From: a bacterium
GTDB taxonomy: Bacteria; Zhuqueibacterota; Zhuqueibacteria; Oceanimicrobiales; Oceanimicrobiaceae
Direction of reading: 5' to 3'
Assembly (NCBI GenBank): GCA_046757525.1
Contig: JBHHYI010000132.1
Coordinates: forward strand, 1 to 11,637
DNA: 11,637 bases
Shown here in pieces: positions 1 through 4,625 of this stretch. The translations under genes were made by a program, and so were the position numbers. Each line of letters starts with the position of its first letter. The stretch's first letter is position 1. The notes beneath the pieces are model-generated. The model saw only the letters and a program-made list of their open reading frames with translations. It did not search any database and was not told the DNA's origin.

Positions 1-1046
1 CGGCGAAAATGTTCGGTGGCCAGCTCGATCTTATTCGCATTCAGCGCCAGCCTCTGGCAGGTCAGCTCAAAGATGCGGGCGATGACATCTGCGCGCACCC
101 CTTCTCCGCGCAGACGCGAACCGAAACGCGCGTCCGACAGTTCTCCGCCCCGGCTCTCCTGGATGGCGTGCCGCACTTTTCCGGCCCGGTGCGGGAAATA
201 TGCTTGCAGCCACGCCACAAACAGCTCTTTCACCGAAAAGGGCAGGCGCAGGAGAATGTAGGCCGCGCGTTTTGCGCCACAGGCGGCGGCTTGCTCCAGA
301 ATGGCCGGAATTTCGTGGTCAGTCAGCCCTGGGATGACCGGAGCCAGGTTGACCTTTGTAGGAATGCCTGCCAAGGCCAGATTCTGCAAAGCCTGCAACC
401 GATTTTTTGGCGAGGCGGCCCGCGGCTCCATCTTGCGCGCCAGTTCCGGATCCAGGGTCGTAATCGACAGGGTGACCCTGACGAGATCAAGGCCAGCGAG
501 ATCCTGCAGAAGATCGAGGTCGCGCAACACCAGGGCGTTTTTGGTGATGACGCTTACCGGATTGCGGTATTGCAGAAAAACTTCAAGACACCGGCGTGTG
601 AGCTGGAGCTGTTTTTCGATGGGCTGGTAGCAGTCGGTGTTGCCGGAGAGAGCAACCACCTGCGGCAGCCAGCTCTTGCGGCGAAATCTGTTGGCCAACA
701 GTCGTGGGGCCTCTTCCTTGACCAGGATTTTGGTCTCGAAATCCAGTCCTGCAGAAAAGCCAAAATATTCGTGGGTGGGCCGGGCATAGCAGTAGATGCA
801 GCCGTGTTCACAGCCGCGGTACGGGTTCAGACTGTAGGTAAAAGGCACGTCTGGACTGGTATTCTTAGCCAAAATCTCCCTGGACTGGTCCACGAAATAT
901 TCGGTTTTCACCTTGAGGCCCGGAGCCTGCTCGTAACATTCCGGCTCTATTTCCAGCTTTAACCGTTCGAACCGGTTTTCGGGATTTAGTACGGTGCCCC
1001 GTCCCTTAACGGTTGGCAGACCGTTCGTCACACAAGAAGGTTGCAT
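1..1046 (-). CDS. PA0069/Rv2578c-family (SplB-like) radical SAM protein, 3' end truncated by window edge
   Basis: Not in the ORF track because there is no stop inside the window. My translation from ATG at 1046 reads MQPSCVTNGLPTVKGRGTVLNPENRFE...YSLNPYRGCEHGCIYCYARPTHEYFGFSAGLDFETKILVK...SGNTDCYQPIE...VITKN...LSITTLDPELARKMEPRAASP...APVIPGLTDHE... and stays open to position 1. It has the CxxxCxxC cluster motif within the family signature NPYRGCEHGCxYCYARPTH. Confidence 0.95.
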   Translation of the reverse strand, partial: MQPSCVTNGLPTVKGRGTVLNPENRFERLKLEIEPECYEQAPGLKVKTEYFVDQSREILAKNTSPDVPFTYSLNPYRGCEHGCIYCYARPTHEYFGFSAGLDFETKILVKEEAPRLLANRFRRKSWLPQVVALSGNTDCYQPIEKQLQLTRRCLEVFLQYRNPVSVITKNALVLRDLDLLQDLAGLDLVRVTLSITTLDPELARKMEPRAASPKNRLQALQNLALAGIPTKVNLAPVIPGLTDHEIPAILEQAAACGAKRAAYILLRLPFSVKELFVAWLQAYFPHRAGKVRHAIQESRGGELSDARFGSRLRGEGVRADVIARIFELTCQRLALNANKIELATEHFR

Positions 1047-1051
1047 GCAAT

Positions 1052-1080
1052 AGTATACGAATGTTCACCACAAAATGCAA
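1052..1080 (-). promoter_or_regulatory. sigma70-type promoter of the radical SAM gene (likely leaderless transcript)
   Basis: Minus strand TTGCAT (1080-1075), 17 nt, TATACT (1057-1052), 5 nt, then ATG (1046). There is no room for a Shine-Dalgarno site. Confidence 0.75.
1055..1066. promoter_or_regulatory. candidate LexA (SOS) box
   Basis: Minus strand GAAC-attc-GTAT matches GAAC-N4-GTTC at 6/8 positions (perfect GAAC half-site). It overlaps the spacer and -10 of a gene family known to be LexA-regulated in other bacteria. Confidence 0.45.
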
Positions 1081-1273
1081 GCACTATTTTGCGACGTAGC
1101 AATCGTCACACCTGAACTAATAGCAAGCGACAGCCAGCGGGTCGTTTTATTTGAAGGAAACGGCCAGTTTTACCTGCAATTGCGAACGACCCCTTCAGCA
1201 AGCTCAGGGCAGGCTCTGGGAGTGAAGCACTCTCCTGTGACAGGGCATGGGAGTTGCCTCATCTGGCCTTCGC

Positions 1274-1514
1274 CATAGGCGTCAATTTAAGGGGCGTCTA
1301 ACCACCATATTGTCACCCCGAGCGAAGCGGAGTCGAGGAGTCTGATTTATGCACAAACCAGATTTCTCCCCTGATTCTCTCTATTGTTATTTTCTTAAAG
1401 GAAGAAAATCAGGGTCAAAACGACAATACGTTCCTGGTCCAAAAAGAACTTTGAAAAAAACTTGAACCAGAATAACATTCTTGATAGTTAAAAACTCTTA
1501 GGTTGACGCCAACA
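1274..1514. mobile_element. MITE D, 241 bp, probably IS4-family derived, with 9-bp target-site duplication
   Basis: TIRs CATAGGCGTCAATTTAAG (1274-1291) and CTTAGGTTGACGCCAACA (1497-1514) match at 13/18 (core 12/14). They are immediately flanked by direct repeats GGCCTTCGC (1265-1273) and GGTCTTCGC (1515-1523), 8/9 identical. No transposase ORF inside. Confidence 0.7.
1308..1428. repeat. REP-like palindromic element B nested in MITE D
   Basis: TATTGTC (1308-1314) pairs with GACAATA (1422-1428). GAGGAGTCTG (1335-1344) pairs with CAGATTTCTC (1359-1368) using G-U pairs. CCCTGATT (1369-1376) pairs with AATCAGGG (1407-1414). The left arm is TGTCACCCCGAGCGAAGCG. Confidence 0.65.
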
Positions 1515-1548
1515 GGTCTTCGCCGTTTTCGCAATGACAGCAGCGGAG

Positions 1549-1610
1549 GGCGTTTCCTAAAAGCTTCCGCAATCCGGTGCAACGGGATTGCTTTAAATGT
1601 CGGAAACGCC
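1549..1610. mobile_element. 62-bp MITE-like element E, intact copy
   Basis: Perfect 9-bp terminal inverted repeats GGCGTTTCC/GGAAACGCC and an internal hairpin GCAATCC...GGATTGC. Both halves recur elsewhere in the window. Confidence 0.7.
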
Positions 1611-1621
1611 AAAGGCAGCCC

Positions 1622-1691
1622 TGTCATGCAGGGGCATCTTGTTACGTGCCAGCACCGTGCAGCGGGCCAACAGGATTCCTCCTGAATGACA
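1622..1691. repeat. REP-like palindromic element C
   Basis: TGTCATGCAGGGGCATCTTGTT (1622-1643) is an imperfect inverted repeat of AACAGGATTCCTCCTGAATGACA (1669-1691). It has the same TGTCA...TGACA-type termini as A and B. Confidence 0.65.
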
Positions 1692-1723
1692 TTGAAGACT
1701 GCAATAAAGGACCGCGACAGCGA

Positions 1724-1741
1724 GGCGTTTCCTAAAAGCTT
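1724..1741. repeat. element E left half (second copy)
   Basis: GGCGTTTCCTAAAAGCTT is 18/18 identical to 1549-1566. Confidence 0.85.
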
Positions 1742-1913
1742 GACCGCGTTTGAGAGTTAGATGTTGATTATTTTGTCTATTTACAAGACCAAGGTTTTTT
1801 TACAATAGTCTTGTATTTAAATCTTTGAGAATTCTGATTGCAAGAAGGTTAAGACAAAATGTTAGACGACAACACAATTTTGTTATTGTGTCCCTTGACC
1901 GGAAAGACGGCAA

Positions 1914-3272
1914 TTAGAAAGCGGTGTTCATTCGGAAGTACGGAATGATGTCTTCTTCAGAGCGGCCGATGTCCAGGCGAACGATGAAGCGATTGTTCCA
2001 GTTCATCCAGACGCCACCGCCGAAAGTCCGGTGGAAGTCATTGAAGGCAATCTCGGACCAGCTATGCCAGACCCTGCCGGTGTCGAAAAACACCGCGAAG
2101 ATGAGGTCTATGGACTGCCCCATCAAGTGGATTTTGCGGTAGTTGTAGCGCAGCTCGGTAAGCGTGAAGAATCTGATCTTGTCCAGAAACCGTCGGCTCT
2201 GAAAGCCCCGCAGCGACTGGCTGCCCCCCAGACTACGGCTGCGTCTCTCGCCGGCCACCTCAATGTAGGCATAATAAGGGGCCTCACCATTAATGGCTTC
2301 AAAGGCGAATCGATTGGCAAAGATTAAACTGTTGGCATGCAGAGGAATGAAATGGGCATCGGAGAAAGTGTAGCGATAATAGCTCACGCTCCGCGATCTT
2401 GTAATCGTGCCCCTGGCGGTCTGAAGCTCTTCCTCGACCGAGGAATTGGTCGGCTCCAGCGATACCTCCGTAAGAAAGCCACGGGTGGGGAAAACTTTGT
2501 TTTTGCGGGTGTCCCAGCTTAAACGAAAACTAAAATGACGGTCGGTTCCGCCAAGGTAGCCAAACGGCTGATCTTGCGCGAAAAAGGAATTCTCTGGCAC
2601 GTCTTTAAGTTGCGGCTTGATGAATTCCATGCCAAAGCCAAACCAGAAAACCACCTGGGGTAATAATTCCAGGGTGCCGTAAACCGTGAACCTGGGACGC
2701 TTTAGATTGTAAAGGTAATAATCTTCGTCGACAAATCTATCGTCGTTTTTATTGGTAAAAGCCTTTTGGTAGACGCTGTTGTTGCCCAGACCAAAATAGC
2801 GAGCCAGCAAATCCCGTTCCCAGACGCCTTCTGCATAGATGCCAAATGCAGAATCGCCAATCCTCGGATAATCCAAAATGATCTTATGCCTCTGCCCACC
2901 GGTGACGGAGCCCAGGAATTGCAGGTACAATTGGTATTGGTAAGGGCGCCTGCGAGTGGAAATGAGCAAGGTCCTGAGACCCAGGTTCAGGCCGGTTTGC
3001 AGATGCCAATAAACCAGAGGAAACACGTTGAAGGTATGAGGTTGGCCAAAAAGGGAGGTGCGGTGATACTGAAAGATCGTCTGGAAGGTGCGGGTTGCCA
3101 GGCCTCCGCCCTGTTGAGTTTGGCTTTCCGAGTTATTCTTTGACTTTTCACCGGGCACCGGCGGATTGCTGGGAGGGGTGACCGCTACCACTTGCGTCCA
3201 TAGCACGAAGACGACCAAGAGAGTCGCACCTTGCCAGGAAATCCTTCGAAACAGAGTCATGAATCCCTTCAT
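1914..3272 (-). CDS. Omp85/BamA-TamA superfamily outer-membrane beta-barrel lacking POTRA domains
   Basis: N-terminal hydrophobic signal-like segment, short P/S/N/Q-rich linker, amphipathic beta-strands, WDTR...FPTRG, loop-6 motif SLRGF, FFDTGRVW, and C-terminal YFRMNTAF ending in Phe. ATG at 3272 is preferred over 3287 because GAGGA lies 6 nt upstream. Confidence 0.88.
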   Translation of the reverse strand: MKGFMTLFRRISWQGATLLVVFVLWTQVVAVTPPSNPPVPGEKSKNNSESQTQQGGGLATRTFQTIFQYHRTSLFGQPHTFNVFPLVYWHLQTGLNLGLRTLLISTRRRPYQYQLYLQFLGSVTGGQRHKIILDYPRIGDSAFGIYAEGVWERDLLARYFGLGNNSVYQKAFTNKNDDRFVDEDYYLYNLKRPRFTVYGTLELLPQVVFWFGFGMEFIKPQLKDVPENSFFAQDQPFGYLGGTDRHFSFRLSWDTRKNKVFPTRGFLTEVSLEPTNSSVEEELQTARGTITRSRSVSYYRYTFSDAHFIPLHANSLIFANRFAFEAINGEAPYYAYIEVAGERRSRSLGGSQSLRGFQSRRFLDKIRFFTLTELRYNYRKIHLMGQSIDLIFAVFFDTGRVWHSWSEIAFNDFHRTFGGGVWMNWNNRFIVRLDIGRSEEDIIPYFRMNTAF

Positions 3273-3329
3273 GGTCTTTCCTCGCATTTGTTAGAACCCA
3301 TTTCACTTGGCTGACGGTGTAGCAAGCTT

Positions 3330-3363
3330 GTGCAACCGGATTGCTTTAAATATCGGAAACGCC
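3330..3363. repeat. element E right half
   Basis: GTGCAACCGGATTGCTTTAAATATCGGAAACGCC is 32/34 identical to 1577-1610. Confidence 0.88.
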
Positions 3364-3398
3364 TATGCAATCGAGACGATTGCGTTACGTTCAACAGA

Positions 3399-3414
3399 GC
3401 GTTTCCTAAATGCT
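3399..3414. repeat. element E left half (third copy, orphan)
   Basis: GCGTTTCCTAAATGCT is 15/16 identical to 1550-1565. It is preceded by the hairpin GCAATCG-AGA-CGATTGC (3367-3383). Confidence 0.7.
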
Positions 3415-3524
3415 ACTAAGGATACTGGCCGTTTTCGAAAAGGTCAAGGCACAGGGGCAGGTTGGCACGAATTTCGTAGATGTTGTGGTATTTGTCGCAA
3501 TCATAGCCCCAAACGGCTTCATTT

Positions 3525-3553
3525 AAGATAAATAGCTTTTTTGAAAAAGTCAA
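3525..3553 (-). promoter_or_regulatory. sigma70-type promoter upstream of the Omp85 gene
   Basis: TTGACT (3553-3548), 17 nt, TATCTT (3530-3525). Confidence 0.7.
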
Positions 3554-3593
3554 GTCGAATTATTGTGAAGTTGCCACACAGGCATTATTTCAG

Positions 3594-3616
3594 AAAAAAA
3601 CGGCCCGGCGGGCGGT
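3594..3616 (-). terminator. intrinsic terminator after the acidic-protein gene
   Basis: Minus strand ACCGCCC-GCC-GGGCCG followed by T7, directly after the stop at 3618. The stem is short and imperfect. Confidence 0.55.
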
Positions 3617-3617
3617 G

Positions 3618-4331
3618 CTACTGACCGCGCACCTGGCGCAATTCTGCGCGCACGTCGTCCAGCATGGCCACGGTGCGCAGGCGAATGGGGGCGATCACTT
3701 GCGCGGGCAGCATTTTCTGCTGTTCGATCTTGTCCAGCAGACTGAGGCCGTGGATGAGATGGCGCAACACGCGTTTAAGCTCAACGATTATGAGGTTTTT
3801 GGGCGAGTCATCATCGAATTCTTCATCGTCCCATTCGCTCATGTATCCCAGGCGCGCCAGGCCGCCCGTTGCGTCGAGGTAAGCGCCGCTGTAGACCGCG
3901 AGGGGGTGCTGGTGGCTGTCGATTTCGTCGTGCCCTTGTAACGAGTCCAGCACGAGGGTGGTCAATTCGTGGGCAGCCTGGCCAAGACGGTGTCGGTACT
4001 GGGGTTCTTCAGCTTCGTGATTGGCTGAGCGGGACTCGCGCAGAATGTGGTCGATTTCCTCTTCACCATCCTGCTCATCCTCTGCCAGGTCCTGCAGCTG
4101 CTCCAGCTCGTCGGCACGTCCGTCCAGTTCGTCATAGAGCTCTCCGAGACCGAGCTCTTCCATAGCTTTGCGGAATCCCCTTTCGTCATAGCCATACTTG
4201 TCCAGCAGCTCCATCATGCGCCGGTCGCGCTCGTCGCGTTCCTGCAAAAATGCTTCCCACTGCTCCTCAGACCAATCGTCCGGGTCTTCGAACTCTTCAG
4301 ACTCTTCCCAGTTTTCGTCAAATTCTGTCAT
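3618..4331 (-). CDS. hypothetical protein, highly acidic N-terminal half, helical C-terminal half
   Basis: 237-aa ORF with protein-like composition, flanked by a promoter (4450-4478) and a terminator (3594-3616). I recognise no catalytic motif. Confidence 0.85.
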   Translation of the reverse strand: MTEFDENWEESEEFEDPDDWSEEQWEAFLQERDERDRRMMELLDKYGYDERGFRKAMEELGLGELYDELDGRADELEQLQDLAEDEQDGEEEIDHILRESRSANHEAEEPQYRHRLGQAAHELTTLVLDSLQGHDEIDSHQHPLAVYSGAYLDATGGLARLGYMSEWDDEEFDDDSPKNLIIVELKRVLRHLIHGLSLLDKIEQQKMLPAQVIAPIRLRTVAMLDDVRAELRQVRGQ

Positions 4332-4422
4332 GATGGGTAGATGAGCTGCCTGGTTGTTCCAGAATGCTCAAGCCCGACAATGCCTTAAAAAACTGCGGAA
4401 ATGGGCATTGTTTTGGCGGCAT
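4318..4422 (-). CDS. possible 34-aa upstream ORF overlapping the start of the acidic-protein gene
   Basis: GGAGA, 5 nt, ATG (4422). Translation MPPKQCPFPQFFKALSGLSILEQPGSSSTHHDRI*, with stop at 4320-4318. Confidence 0.3.
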   Translation of the reverse strand: MPPKQCPFPQFFKALSGLSILEQPGSSSTHHDRI

Positions 4423-4449
4423 TTGGTTCTCCAAAATAATCTTGTAGAA

Positions 4450-4478
4450 AAGATACACAGCTTATTATTAAATGTCAA
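4450..4478 (-). promoter_or_regulatory. sigma70-type promoter of the acidic-protein gene
   Basis: TTGACA (4478-4473), 17 nt, TATCTT (4455-4450). The -10 is the same as at the 3525 promoter. Confidence 0.75.
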
Positions 4479-4540
4479 GCTTTGTAATGGATTTGTTAGC
4501 GTGCAACAGCAGTGGAAAAAGGCGCTTAAACATGGGCTGC

Positions 4541-4588
4541 AAAAAGACTGGCCCCGTGGTCAGTTATTCAACCATCGGGGCCGATCTT
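4541..4588 (-). terminator. intrinsic terminator after the DUF5916 gene
   Basis: Minus strand GGCCCCG(A)TGGT-loop-ACCACGGGGCC followed by AGTCTTTTT, about 40 nt after the stop at 4626. Confidence 0.7.
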
Positions 4589-4625
4589 GTAGGAGGAGGA
4601 GTAGGGTCTAAAAGTCGCTTTTGGC

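Larger units (their letters stand above)
1174..1540. repeat. REP-like palindromic element A (GTCATTGCGA...GAAGCAATCTC type) interrupted by insertions
   Basis: Ends CTGCAATTGCGAA (1174-1186) and TTCGCAATGACAG (1528-1540) are 11/13 complementary. Inner arms are GAAGCACTCTC (1224-1234) and GAGTTGCCTC (1251-1260). CCCTTCAGCAAGCTCAGGGCAGGCTCT (1191-1217) sits inside the left arm. Confidence 0.65.

Noticed and set aside
9..962. 317-aa plus-strand ORF
   Set aside because: It is the antisense shadow of the radical SAM gene, which has unambiguous family motifs on the minus strand.
1075..1685. Short ORFs 1075-1278, 1415-1627 and 1503-1685
   Set aside because: They run through palindromic repeats and MITE ends and show no protein motif.
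1296..1867. Integron attC cores GTCTAAC (1296-1302) and GTTAGAC (1861-1867)
   Set aside because: They are about 560 bp apart, far beyond attC size, with no L boxes or integrase.
3290..3321. Third ECF promoter upstream of the Omp85 gene (GTTCTAAC)
   Set aside because: The -10 is partly similar, but there is no AAC-containing -35 at 16-nt spacing.
1549..3414. CRISPR array built from the GGCGTTTCCTAAAAGCTT repeats
   Set aside because: Spacing is highly irregular (175 bp, then about 1.67 kb), the repeats have inverted partners, and no cas genes are present.
3462..3477. sigma54 promoter-like TTGGCACGAATTTCGT
   Set aside because: The -12 element reads TCGT instead of TTGC, and it points antisense to the neighbouring gene.
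3307..3531. 74-aa plus-strand ORF sharing CN.IALN.GNA with ORF 1503-1685
   Set aside because: The peptide similarity is just the translation of the shared element E right half, not a protein family.
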